Program-made: the position numbers and the translations under genes | In this document: positions 19,343-29,302 of the stretch, one piece after another | How positions within the stretch are numbered: the stretch's first letter is position 1 | Layout of the letters: every line of letters starts with the position of its first letter | NCBI GenBank assembly: GCA_963796105.1 | Contig: CAWCKJ010000004.1 | Span: 896,001 to 960,000 of the forward strand | Length of the DNA: 64,000 bases | Reading direction: 5' to 3' | Source of the DNA: a candidate division FCPU426 bacterium | GTDB taxonomy: Bacteria; Oederibacteriota; Muellerivitia; Muellerivitales; Muellerivitaceae | The notes under the pieces: generated by a model | Database searches by the model: none | Told to the model about the DNA's origin: nothing | Seen by the model: the letters and a program-made list of their open reading frames with translations, nothing else

Positions 19343-19468
19343 TGTCATCGCGAGGAGCTGCCCCAATCGGGGCGATTAGCGACGTGGCGACCTCAATTCG
19401 TCTTTTTTAAACTGTGTTTGCTTCGTCATAATCGCCCGCCTATTCGGCAGGCATTCCTCGCAATGACA
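19343..19468. repeat. Palindromic intergenic element (TGTCATCGCGAGGA...TCCTCGCAATGACA)
   Basis: Terminal inverted repeats with internal hairpins; partial relatives at 4581-4634 and inside addB. Confidence 0.8.
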
Positions 19469-19491
19469 CTATTTTATTTTTGGAGTTGGTA

Positions 19492-22400
19492 ATGATCAGC
19501 GACCAAGCGGCCAGGGATCGGGCCATCCAGGATCATGAAACCCTTTTCGCGGTGGACGCGGGAGCAGGCACGGGAAAAACCACCCTTCTGGTTTCCCGCC
19601 TGATCTCCCTGCTGGTGGAAAAGGAAGTGCCTCTTAGGAAAATCGCCGCCATCACTTTTACCGAGAAGGCCGCCGCCGAACTGGTGGACAGGCTCCGGCA
19701 GAAAATGGAGGAGGAATTAACCGGGAATCCAGCAAAAAAAGCCCTGATTCTCCAGGCCTTCCAGGACCTGGAAAGGGCGCCCATCTCCACCATCCACTCC
19801 TTTTGCGCCTCCCTCTTGAGGGAGTATCCGGTGGAGGCGGGGGTGGACCCGCGCTTCGCGGTCCTGGACGAGGTCCAGTCCGGGGCTTTCGAGTCCCAGG
19901 CCTGGGAAGAATGGCTGAAAAAATCGCTCAACAAGCAGGTGGAGCCGCTGTTCCATTTCCAAAGGATGGGCGGGTCTTTTGAGCACTTGGAGGAACTAAA
20001 AAACTTCCTGAAGCGCAACCACTCCCTCTTGGTTAATTCCGAAAGCCAGGTCCTGCCAAAGGGGGCGGATTTCGAGAAAATCTTAAGGAAATTTATCCAA
20101 AAGGTCAGTCCATCGGCTTCCTCCTGCAAGGACTCCTCGGACGGCCTTTTCCTGGCTCTTCAACAATTTCATGGTGATTGCGCCTTCTTGGACACTCTTA
20201 CGCCTGGGGAAATGCTTTTTGAAATGGGAAACCTGGAGATTCCCAAGGCCGCAAAAAAAGGAAACCAGAAAAATTGGGATAAGGCTGTCTTGAATAGCCT
20301 CCGCCAGGAATTTTCGGACCTTTCCGGGGAGCATGAGAAATTCTCCTCCGCCCTCAAGAACGCGGTGGTTTTAAACATCATCCATTGGCTGTGGAATTAC
20401 CTGAAAGAGTTCGAGGAGCAGAAAAAACGCCAGGGATTCCTGGACTTCGACGACCTTCTTCTAAAGACCCGGAACCTTTTGAAAGACCATCCCGAACCCC
20501 GGGAGGAATTGAAGAAACGGCTCGATTACCTCCTGGTGGATGAGTTCCAGGACACGGACCCCCTTCAAGTGGAAATTGTCTTTTTCCTGGCGGAAAAGGA
20601 GGGGAAGCCCAAAAAGAACCCTTCGACGAACTCAGGGCAGGCTGGTTTTGAGACCCATTGGCGCAAGGTTAAGTTGAAGCAGGGCAAACTCTTTTTGGTG
20701 GGGGACCCCAAGCAGAGCATCTACCGGTTCCGTCGGGCGGACGTGGAAATTTACGAGGAAACCAAAAAGTTGGTGTCGGACAACGGGGGAAAGGTGGAAC
20801 TGCTCAAGGAGAATTTCAGGACCGTGGGAAGCCTAGTGGACTGGGTTAATGGCAGATTCCCGTCTCTTTTTACAGGAACACTCATCCAATACAGCCCTCA
20901 AAATCCAAGCCGGAGGGAAGAAAGGCCCCTGGAGGCCGTACCGCCCCTGATCGGAATCCGGATTCCCTTCTCAGCGGATGAAAACACCTCCAAAGCCTCC
21001 CTTCGTCACAAGGAAGCGGAATGGACGGCGGATTTCATCCGCGAAAAACTGCTACAGGGAGGGTGGACCCTCTCGGACCCCAAGACCCATAAAATGAGAA
21101 AGGTTCAAGCGGGGGATATCGCGGTGCTTTTCAGGGACCTGTCCAACGAGAACGAGGAATATTGGGAGGAAGCGCTCCGCAAACGGGACATCTCCTTCCA
21201 AATCGTGGGGGGCAAAAGGTTTTACAACCGTCCCGAGATCGTGGCCCTTTCCACGCTTCTCAACTGCCTTTCCTCGCCCGCCGACGAGGCGGCCTGCGTG
21301 GCGGTCTTGCGAAGCCTCCTGTTCGGTTTTACAGACGAGAAAATCTTCCTGCACCGCTCTTCCGGCGGCGTCTTTCAATTCCTGAGACCGGCCCAGGGGG
21401 AGATGGAGAAGGCTTTCGACTTGCTGAGGGGCCTCTATGAGGGCACCCGGACCCTTTCCGTATCCGAAGTTCTGACGCAGTTCCTGGAAAAGACCAACCT
21501 TCCCGCTGTGGTGGCGGCCCAGCCCCATGGGGAACAGAGGGTGGCCAACCTCCTCAAGGTCGTGGACCAGGCGCGGGAACTGGAAACCTCCCAGCATTTC
21601 ACCTACCGCGCCTTCACGCAATGGCTGACGGCCCAGCAGGAGGACGAAACCATGGAAGGGGAGGCCCCGGGCCCCGACTCCACCGAGAACCGGGTCACCC
21701 TCATGACCATCCACAAGGCCAAGGGCCTGGAGTTCCCCGTGGTGATCGTCTCGGGGGTCGCCTCCGATAACCGGGAATCCGGATGCCTGCTGGACCGCAA
21801 GAACTCGGCTGGGGCTTATAAGGTGGGAAGCGTGGATTTGGGCCTGAAAACCTTGAACTACGAGGGGGTCCGCGCCGAGGAGCATGCCCAGGCCAAAGAG
21901 GAAAATGTCCGCCTTCTCTATGTGGCGGCCACCCGAGCGAGGGAATGCCTCGTCCTGCCCTTTTTCCTCCTTCCGGAAGGCTCCCGAACCAAAGCGGAGG
22001 ACCTTTTTCTCGCGCCTTTGTTGGACGGATTGGAAACCTCCCCTCTCCAGGGATGGGTCTCTATAAATCCCGGCGGAAAAATCTGGGTGGAAAACCCGGA
22101 GCCGGACAAATCCTCCCTGGAAGAACCTCCCGCGCTGGTGGTGGACCTGGATGAAAAGCTTTTGAAAACCCCGGAAGCCGAAGCGGAAGTGAAAAATATT
22201 TCGGCCAAGAAAGAGTCGCGTGAGCAAAAAATAAATAAACTTAAGGGTATTCCGGAATTCCAATCGGTGACCCAAAAACTCTCAGTGGATGGAGATAAAG
22301 AGGAGCGCCAATTGGAAATCCTGGATGATGGAGAAAAAAAGCAGTCCTTCTCCGGTGGAAAGGATTTCGGGAGCCTGGTCCATTTGCTCCTGGAAAAAGG

Positions 22401-22812
22401 CTGGGATTGGCCCCGGGAGACCTTATCCCGCGCCGCGGTTCTTTACGGTGAGGAACTGGGAATTTCAGCCAAAGAGGCGGCTGAGGCGGCGAAGATGGCT
22501 GAGACCGTGTTCAAGAGCGAACTCCTTCAAAGGGCTAGGAAAGCGGGAAGAGTTTTCCGGGAACTGCCGGTTACGGGAACCATTGAGCCGGGAACATACC
22601 TGAACGCAGTCATCGACCTGGCTTTCCTGGAAGGGGACGAGTGGGTGCTGGTGGACTACAAGACGGACCAGGACATGGATAAAGAAAAGGAAAAGTACCA
22701 AAAGCAATTGGGTTATTACCGGGAACTCTTACAAAAATACACAGGACGGAAAGTGAAGGAATCTTTTCTTTATTTTGTGCGTAGGGGAGTTTGCCAACTC
22801 ATTCCCGGGTAG
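19492..22812 (+). CDS. addA: ATP-dependent helicase/nuclease subunit A (AddA-like)
   Basis: AGAGTGKT, TFTEKAA, STIHSFC, VDEFQDT, VGDPKQSIYRFR, TIHKAKGLEF, YVAATRA, C-terminal VID...LVDYKT. Confidence 0.92.
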   Translation: MISDQAARDRAIQDHETLFAVDAGAGTGKTTLLVSRLISLLVEKEVPLRKIAAITFTEKAAAELVDRLRQKMEEELTGNPAKKALILQAFQDLERAPISTIHSFCASLLREYPVEAGVDPRFAVLDEVQSGAFESQAWEEWLKKSLNKQVEPLFHFQRMGGSFEHLEELKNFLKRNHSLLVNSESQVLPKGADFEKILRKFIQKVSPSASSCKDSSDGLFLALQQFHGDCAFLDTLTPGEMLFEMGNLEIPKAAKKGNQKNWDKAVLNSLRQEFSDLSGEHEKFSSALKNAVVLNIIHWLWNYLKEFEEQKKRQGFLDFDDLLLKTRNLLKDHPEPREELKKRLDYLLVDEFQDTDPLQVEIVFFLAEKEGKPKKNPSTNSGQAGFETHWRKVKLKQGKLFLVGDPKQSIYRFRRADVEIYEETKKLVSDNGGKVELLKENFRTVGSLVDWVNGRFPSLFTGTLIQYSPQNPSRREERPLEAVPPLIGIRIPFSADENTSKASLRHKEAEWTADFIREKLLQGGWTLSDPKTHKMRKVQAGDIAVLFRDLSNENEEYWEEALRKRDISFQIVGGKRFYNRPEIVALSTLLNCLSSPADEAACVAVLRSLLFGFTDEKIFLHRSSGGVFQFLRPAQGEMEKAFDLLRGLYEGTRTLSVSEVLTQFLEKTNLPAVVAAQPHGEQRVANLLKVVDQARELETSQHFTYRAFTQWLTAQQEDETMEGEAPGPDSTENRVTLMTIHKAKGLEFPVVIVSGVASDNRESGCLLDRKNSAGAYKVGSVDLGLKTLNYEGVRAEEHAQAKEENVRLLYVAATRARECLVLPFFLLPEGSRTKAEDLFLAPLLDGLETSPLQGWVSINPGGKIWVENPEPDKSSLEEPPALVVDLDEKLLKTPEAEAEVKNISAKKESREQKINKLKGIPEFQSVTQKLSVDGDKEERQLEILDDGEKKQSFSGGKDFGSLVHLLLEKGWDWPRETLSRAAVLYGEELGISAKEAAEAAKMAETVFKSELLQRARKAGRVFRELPVTGTIEPGTYLNAVIDLAFLEGDEWVLVDYKTDQDMDKEKEKYQKQLGYYRELLQKYTGRKVKESFLYFVRRGVCQLIPG

Positions 22813-22813
22813 A

Positions 22814-24973
22814 TCATTTTGAAGAAGTGCCTAAGTAATCACCCGCCCTTGTAAAATTCAAAGGCGCTTGGGTGGCTTTCTTGAAGTTTTGAATGGCTTC
22901 GCGATTGTCTCCGCTAAGGACTTGAAAAACTCCCAACTGATAATAAAGATTAGCGGATGGATAACCGTTTTTAATAGCTTTTTGTAAAGCCACCCGATAA
23001 GGCTGTAATGACGAATGATTCTGGAGGGAAGGGTTGATCGCATGTTTCGAGAATTGGCGGTATTCCATGATAGTTGTGTTCTCATTCCCTAAAACTATTT
23101 TTCGAAAGCCGATATCCGCAATGAATTTCCAATAAATAGATTCTAAAAACGGGTCGCCTTGGAAAAAGGGATAAATCTCATCAAGGCTTGGGGAAATTCC
23201 ATTGAAGTCAGGATCATAATTTGGAGACGCCATCCCGTAGCGGTCGAGAAAAGGTTGAATAGCCTCGGAAGCCCGTTGCCAACGGTGGAAAACAGGCAGA
23301 CGATCAGGTTTTAAAGGAATAATCCATACCATGTCGCCGCCATCCAATGGAGGATGATCCTTAGGGATCCAGTAAGCCATTCCATCGGAAAATCGTTCTT
23401 TCAGGAAAGGTTTATAGTTCACATTGGTCACAATCGCGGCCCAATGACCTTCTTCAAGCGGATGTTCCCTCCAGCACAAGGGATTGAAAGGAGTGGCTGC
23501 GAAACCCAGGAAAGGCGGACATGGTTTCAACCATAAATCCGAGAAAACCAATCCAGGACCTCTTTCCCGGCCGGTTTGGACCAGGAGCCGGTATGCCCGG
23601 GATAAATCAACCCAAGGATAACTTGAGTTGATATATAACCTGGTTTTTTCCAGGTTGTTGAAGTCCAAACCAAATGATAACAAAACTAATGCGGCGAGAA
23701 AAATCTTTGGCCGCGTTCCTTCCAGCGTCGGGAACAGGGCTTGAATGCCCACGGCTGACACAATCAAGAATAAAGGCATGAGCGAAACAACATGAAATCC
23801 GTTCTTATCGGTAGCCAGGAGGATAGGAAAAAATAGAATGATGAAAGCGGATCCGAGCCATCTAACGAGTTGCGCGGTTCGATGACTGTATAATTCTATC
23901 GCCCCTAAAAAAAAAGCGCTTGAAATAAGGGGATTTAAAAATCCCCCCCACTTTGGGTTGTAAGTGAAAGGACTGCTCCAACCTTTCCAAAAGAACGAAG
24001 TAAAGTTAGGGATATCCTGCCAAAAGTTCCACTGACTGGATACTCCCCCTTTAAATCGAAAAGCCAAAAGGCTGGATATATAACCCAAGTAATGGTAGTT
24101 ATCCCCGGAAATAATCATGGGAATCAGCACTAGCAACATTGACAGAAAAAACCAAATGACTGGATTTTTCAACGGCGACATTGCCTTTTTTTTCGTTAAA
24201 AGAACCGTCACGAGGGTCAAGACAGCCAAAAGGGGCCAGCCGAAGTAAGTATAAAATCCTAAACCAGTCAAAATTCCCAAAACAATCGACCATTTCCATT
24301 GGATTACTGGGTTGGGACTCAATGAAAACAGAGTTAACACGAAAAAAATCACCGATTCCCAAAAGACCATCAAGACAGCCTCGTGGGAGAACCTTCCGAT
24401 AAAAACCGGCCAAAAACTTATGGACATTAACGCGAGGGCTAAAAAGGCGGCTGACTTGGAGACTATGCGCTTGGCGGCGATATAGAAAAAATACAGGCTG
24501 GCGAGGGATAGAAGTACCGGAAGAACCCAAAGCCCTAACAGAGAAACCCCGAAGATCTTAAACTCAAACGACAATAACCAAATATAAAACGGCGGGATGT
24601 TGCCGAAGAAAAATTTCCATGTCCAATGTTCATCAAGCCGGATGGCATTTAGGGCTGAGGAAATCTCGTCATAGAGTGGAAAATCCAAAAAGGAGGTCAA
24701 CCGGTATAACCGAAAAGAAAATGCCGCGATGATAATGAGAACCCATGCCCAGGAGGATGGGGTGAAAATATTTTGTTCCCAAAGGGGTTTTAACGCGGAC
24801 GATTTTTTTGAAGTCAACGCCACTATGAAGGGAATCAAAATCCCGAATATACCCAGCCAAAGTTTTAACTCCAGGGAGAGGGAACAATAGGAAAGAAGCG
24901 CGTTAGCCAAAACGAAGATAATAAAATATAACCAGGGCAGGTATTTAGCGTCTTGAGAAAGAATGTTTTTCAT
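22814..24973 (-). CDS. GT-C fold membrane glycosyltransferase (GT39/ArnT-like) with TPR-like tail, paralogue 1
   Basis: Multi-TM; FRLYRL...LYDE first-loop motif, PPFY, GLGFYTY, WGGFLNP. Confidence 0.7.
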   Translation of the reverse strand: MKNILSQDAKYLPWLYFIIFVLANALLSYCSLSLELKLWLGIFGILIPFIVALTSKKSSALKPLWEQNIFTPSSWAWVLIIIAAFSFRLYRLTSFLDFPLYDEISSALNAIRLDEHWTWKFFFGNIPPFYIWLLSFEFKIFGVSLLGLWVLPVLLSLASLYFFYIAAKRIVSKSAAFLALALMSISFWPVFIGRFSHEAVLMVFWESVIFFVLTLFSLSPNPVIQWKWSIVLGILTGLGFYTYFGWPLLAVLTLVTVLLTKKKAMSPLKNPVIWFFLSMLLVLIPMIISGDNYHYLGYISSLLAFRFKGGVSSQWNFWQDIPNFTSFFWKGWSSPFTYNPKWGGFLNPLISSAFFLGAIELYSHRTAQLVRWLGSAFIILFFPILLATDKNGFHVVSLMPLFLIVSAVGIQALFPTLEGTRPKIFLAALVLLSFGLDFNNLEKTRLYINSSYPWVDLSRAYRLLVQTGRERGPGLVFSDLWLKPCPPFLGFAATPFNPLCWREHPLEEGHWAAIVTNVNYKPFLKERFSDGMAYWIPKDHPPLDGGDMVWIIPLKPDRLPVFHRWQRASEAIQPFLDRYGMASPNYDPDFNGISPSLDEIYPFFQGDPFLESIYWKFIADIGFRKIVLGNENTTIMEYRQFSKHAINPSLQNHSSLQPYRVALQKAIKNGYPSANLYYQLGVFQVLSGDNREAIQNFKKATQAPLNFTRAGDYLGTSSK

Positions 24974-25006
24974 AAGATAAAAACCATTTGGAATTATTCC
25001 CTTTGT

Positions 25007-25369
25007 TTAAATACCGCCGGCGGCTTTCACCCATTCAACCAAACTCTTATCGATCTCGTTCAACCACTTTACCCAACGGTCATGAAGCTCCTGCGAGAGA
25101 AGCACCTTTTTCAGGCAGAGGGACATCAAGGGAACGCTTTCATGGACCAGGACGAGGGCTTCCCTCAGGTTTTTCTGGGTGGTCAGGGCGCTTTGGGAAT
25201 CCTGGGCTTTACGGATTTTCTGGGAAAGGGAGTGGGTCTGGCGCTTGAGGCGGGAGACAGCCTCGTTTTTCAAGGCCCAGGGAAGGCGCTGGTAGGTCTT
25301 GTCGATCTCACCCGCCAGGCCGTCGCACAAGGCGGCCAGATCCACGTTGAGAAAATCGGATGAAACCAT
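25007..25369 (-). CDS. Four-helix-bundle protein (Avd/S23-like)
   Basis: 120 aa, all-helical pattern, LP near the N-terminus and C-terminal LLS...W...LNEI.K.L..W.K. Confidence 0.55.
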   Translation of the reverse strand: MVSSDFLNVDLAALCDGLAGEIDKTYQRLPWALKNEAVSRLKRQTHSLSQKIRKAQDSQSALTTQKNLREALVLVHESVPLMSLCLKKVLLSQELHDRWVKWLNEIDKSLVEWVKAAGGI

Positions 25370-25491
25370 TTTGAATCCTTTTTTACCTAATCCCTTGAAG
25401 TTTATATCGACTCCACTTTATTTTGTTCTATTGAGTGAAACTGCCGTTGCCGGTTCATTTTAAAAAAGTGATTGAAAGAAGCCGGCTTTTA

Positions 25492-27036
25492 TCACAAGCG
25501 CGATTTTTGGAGTAGCCGTTTTTCCAGTTCTCCACCTTTTCGCATGAAGAGCAGGAACATGCCCCGATGCGGCCTATTGGGAACATGACGATAACGGTCT
25601 CGAAACCATTCCAAAACCGGATGGCGGATTCCGGTGGAAACCATGTCTGTAATAGGAAGAATGAACAATTCGGGCTTGTTTTTCTCGAGGTCTTGGATAA
25701 CCCTTCTTGTCATATTTCCGGCCATCGGACCCTTCAACAGGGGATAGGAAAAGAAAATGCCGCTGGAAGGAAAGTGGAGGCTGTAATAATAGATTCCCGT
25801 CTCATTTCCCCATTCGTAAAAGGTCTCACCGGGTTTGAGCATCCGGTTAATCTCCTTTCCCACCTGGCAGGATTGGAGGAATAAATCACCGTATTTCCAT
25901 TCTGACCACGTTTGGGCCGGCTCCAGATAAAAGGGGATCTCATGAAGAACCAGGATAGCCAAGACTAAACCCCCTGGTAGAAAAACCAACGACTTCAAGG
26001 TTTTTTTCAAGGAACCGCCCATTTCGGCCGCTCCCCATGCCCCGCCAATGACCAATGGAGGAAACAAGAGTTGGTAATAGTGAGGCGGGTAATGCCCCGA
26101 TCCCAAGATTTGGGGAAGTATTGAAAACAGATAAGAGAACCATAAAACCCAAAGAAAATACTTCTCTTTCTTTTGGCGATAAGCTCCCCAGCAAGACAAC
26201 AGCAGGAGTGGTAAAAGGAATTCCGCGAAATGGGGGCCGAAATTCGAACCTTTTATGTGATTGAAAAAATCCTGAAGGGAAGCGGCCTGGTAATAATTGT
26301 AAATAAAATTAAAAAAGAAAACCGCGTACTGGAAATCCACCCACCGGTGAGATCCGATGAAATACACGGCGATTAAAGCCCATCCCCCCGCCAATATGGA
26401 CCCCGGCACCAAGATTTTGCGGAAGGTTATATTTCTCGAAGCCCGATTCGAACAAAGGAAAAAAGAAACGATGCCCAAAGCCAGGAAACTTAGTACGGAG
26501 GGCTGTTTGTAAAGAGAAGCGAGCAAGGAAATTAAACCTAATAATATCGGTATCTTGCATCCTGCGGAATCCCTCAACCGAATCCATAAGAAGAAGGCCA
26601 GGGCCAAAGCGGCGTTTACGAAGACCTCGGTGTTGGGTTGATTTGCTTGAAAGTAAAGGTCCCCGGAAATAACCGACCAAAATAAAGCCGCCCAGATACC
26701 GGCCGCCCAACCTGATCCCCATAAACCGGCCATGAAAACCGCGATTAAGGTCAAGATTGAAAAGAAAATATTCAACAAAAAAATTGATGAAGGGCCATAT
26801 CCATTCAGGACTTCCGCGGCGGCAAATGAAAAATAAAGGGCTGGAGGTTTGCAATCCCATAAGTCGGAATAAAGTTGCCGCCCTTTTAACAGGCCATCCC
26901 CAATGAGGGCGTAGGTGGTGATATCCCTTTCCAAAGGTTCGTTGTAGGTATGAAGCCGCTCTAAAACGATGAGACAGGCCAGGGCCAACAGGAGAAACAC
27001 GGAAAACCATTTTACGAAGTTTGTTTTTACGCTCAT
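25492..27036 (-). CDS. GT-C fold membrane glycosyltransferase
   Basis: RDITTY...LYSDLWDCKPP, NTE, KQP and HYY motifs; many TM segments; start could be further upstream (27105). Confidence 0.7.
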   Translation of the reverse strand: MSVKTNFVKWFSVFLLLALACLIVLERLHTYNEPLERDITTYALIGDGLLKGRQLYSDLWDCKPPALYFSFAAAEVLNGYGPSSIFLLNIFFSILTLIAVFMAGLWGSGWAAGIWAALFWSVISGDLYFQANQPNTEVFVNAALALAFFLWIRLRDSAGCKIPILLGLISLLASLYKQPSVLSFLALGIVSFFLCSNRASRNITFRKILVPGSILAGGWALIAVYFIGSHRWVDFQYAVFFFNFIYNYYQAASLQDFFNHIKGSNFGPHFAEFLLPLLLLSCWGAYRQKKEKYFLWVLWFSYLFSILPQILGSGHYPPHYYQLLFPPLVIGGAWGAAEMGGSLKKTLKSLVFLPGGLVLAILVLHEIPFYLEPAQTWSEWKYGDLFLQSCQVGKEINRMLKPGETFYEWGNETGIYYYSLHFPSSGIFFSYPLLKGPMAGNMTRRVIQDLEKNKPELFILPITDMVSTGIRHPVLEWFRDRYRHVPNRPHRGMFLLFMRKGGELEKRLLQKSRL

Positions 27037-27139
27037 TTTCGGACCTATGGCGATTGAAAAAGGTTTTGAGGCAAAGATTCGGACTGGATGAAATACCACG
27101 GCCAAAGATTGCCTGGAAATCTATAAAGGTTTCTTGGGT

Positions 27140-29302
27140 TCATGGCAAGTATTTCCCGGATCCGGTCAAATCAAGCGGGGTTTTAACGGCCCGTTGGAAA
27201 GCCTGATGGGCTTGTGATTCATTACCCGCCATGAGCCAGTAAATACCCAGTTGGTAATACAAGTGGGCGGCCCCATATCCATCGTGGACGGAATATTCCA
27301 AATCAGACAAACTGTCCTTTAAGGCTGGTTCGTTTAATAGGGCCGCGGGAACAGGTTGATTGAGGATTTCCAAATTAGCGGGGGTGTCGTCCATATGGAG
27401 GGCATTCAGGAAATTCCGCCGAAAACAAATGAGGGAGTCTATTTCGGCGAAAGAGGAATTCAAAAAAGGATCTCCTTTAAAGAAAGGCAAAGCCTGTCTT
27501 AAGCTTTGCTGAATATCGTCATAACCATGCCGCGGGTCAACGTCATTGTATCTTGCCCAGAAAGGGTTCAACGCCTGGTCCGCGGAAATCCAAAGTGGCA
27601 GGGTTTCATTGAGATTGGAATTAAGAGGTGCGACCCATAGCATCAATCCCCCGTCGGGAGGAGGGTGAATTTTGTCCAGCCAATAGACTTTTCCACCTGG
27701 ATATCTTTTCTCGAGGAAAGGCTGGTAATTCACGTTCGTTAACACACCCACCCAGGGAGTTCCTTTCTTCCCGGTTTGGCCGTGGAGGAGGTTAAAAGGA
27801 TAGGTGGCAAAATCGAGGAAAGGAGTCCAGGGTTTGCAGACAAACCGGGAAAAGATATAACCAGGCCCCCGTTCTGACTGCAAGCGATCGAGAAGGCGGT
27901 AAGTCTGGAGTGTTTCTGGGAGCGGTTTTTGTAGATTGATGGCTTCCCGGCTTTTAATAAGATTCACCGCGTCCAGCGCGCATGAAATGATGAAAACCAA
28001 AACCAATAGTGCCTTGGATTTAGGGCTCCCGGCCCGGGCCCAAAGGGTGAAAAAACCCAGAAGGATGGTTCCCATGAAAAAAGGGATAAGCGAGATGACG
28101 TGAAACCAGTTTGAATTGTTAGCCAGGAGGCAGGGAAGAAAAAGAACGATAAAACCAAGACCGGCCCATCGAATTAACATTTGAAGGCGGTATTTCCAAA
28201 GAACACCTATCCCAAGAAAGAAAAAAGCGCCTTCCAATGGGTTCAAGAATCCCCCCCACTGCGGGTTATAAGCGAAAGTTTTCGTCATTCCAGCCCAAAA
28301 AAACGAAGTGAAATAATATAGGTTCTTCCAAGGACTCCAAGGAATGCTGTTTTCAGGATTTGGGTGAGACCAGACAAGGCTGGTTAGATACCCCCCAAAA
28401 CCCACATGGAAAGCCGCCAGGACCAGGGGAGCCGCGGCCAGGATGGAACCCAGAAGAAACCAAGCCGTGTTGGAGGGTTTTAAAAGTCCTTGGCGAATCC
28501 CGCCCCATAAGGTAAGGCCAATTAAGAGGGCGACCAAGGGCCAGCCAAAATAGGTATAGAAACCGGCACCTACCCATAGACCCAGGAGGAAGAGAAGGGT
28601 TTTATGGGAGGAGAGGAGGGTTCTTGTGAAAAGTTTAGCAAGGATCCAGAAACCCATCGATTCCCAAAAGAGCATCAAGACCGCTTGGTGGGAAAATCGA
28701 CCAACAAAACAGGGCCAGAATTGAATGCACAATAAGGTTAGAAAGGAGAAAGCGAAGGAACGGGAGACAAAGGGGCGCAGGCCTTTCCATAAGAATAAAA
28801 TTGAAATCGACGAAAGGAAGGCCGGCAGGGCCCAAAGGGCCGCGAAGGAGACTCCCGCCACCTTGTATAACCCTGTAAGGAGCCAAATATAGAAAGGGGG
28901 CAGTTGGCTCCAATTGAAAAAGAAGTTCCAGATCCAGTTTTCCTTGAGCCGGATTGCGCAGAGGGAATTGAAGATCTCGTCGAGCAGGGGATAATCCAAA
29001 TAAGTCGTCAGCCGGTAAAATCTGGCGAGGCATCCCAGGCCCAGAACCAGAAACCACAACCATGGCCTCGCGGGAGGAAACCATTCCTTCCGGTAAAGAG
29101 GTTCCTCCGAGGGATCAGCCTTCGCCGTGGCTTTGAACCACAATCCCAAAGGCAGGAGCCATCCAAATAAACCAATCCACAACTGGGCTTGCAGGGGCAG
29201 GGAAGCATAGGACAAAAGGCCGTTGACCAAGGCGAAAAGCCAAAAGAAAGGCCAAGGATTTTGAAAAAAATTCTCCATACCCGCGTATTTAGGGTTTTCC
29301 AT
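27140..29302 (-). CDS. GT-C (GT39/ArnT-like) glycosyltransferase, paralogue 2
   Basis: RFYRL...LLDE, PPFY, GRFSHQA, GFYTYFGWP, WGGFLNP, GDPFL, HLYYQLG. Confidence 0.7.
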   Translation of the reverse strand: MENPKYAGMENFFQNPWPFFWLFALVNGLLSYASLPLQAQLWIGLFGWLLPLGLWFKATAKADPSEEPLYRKEWFPPARPWLWFLVLGLGCLARFYRLTTYLDYPLLDEIFNSLCAIRLKENWIWNFFFNWSQLPPFYIWLLTGLYKVAGVSFAALWALPAFLSSISILFLWKGLRPFVSRSFAFSFLTLLCIQFWPCFVGRFSHQAVLMLFWESMGFWILAKLFTRTLLSSHKTLLFLLGLWVGAGFYTYFGWPLVALLIGLTLWGGIRQGLLKPSNTAWFLLGSILAAAPLVLAAFHVGFGGYLTSLVWSHPNPENSIPWSPWKNLYYFTSFFWAGMTKTFAYNPQWGGFLNPLEGAFFFLGIGVLWKYRLQMLIRWAGLGFIVLFLPCLLANNSNWFHVISLIPFFMGTILLGFFTLWARAGSPKSKALLVLVFIISCALDAVNLIKSREAINLQKPLPETLQTYRLLDRLQSERGPGYIFSRFVCKPWTPFLDFATYPFNLLHGQTGKKGTPWVGVLTNVNYQPFLEKRYPGGKVYWLDKIHPPPDGGLMLWVAPLNSNLNETLPLWISADQALNPFWARYNDVDPRHGYDDIQQSLRQALPFFKGDPFLNSSFAEIDSLICFRRNFLNALHMDDTPANLEILNQPVPAALLNEPALKDSLSDLEYSVHDGYGAAHLYYQLGIYWLMAGNESQAHQAFQRAVKTPLDLTGSGKYLP

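Noticed and set aside
24953..25363. Plus-strand ORFs overlapping the four-helix-bundle gene
   Set aside because: The minus-strand ORF is co-oriented with its neighbours, has an AAGGA RBS-like site and a more protein-like pattern
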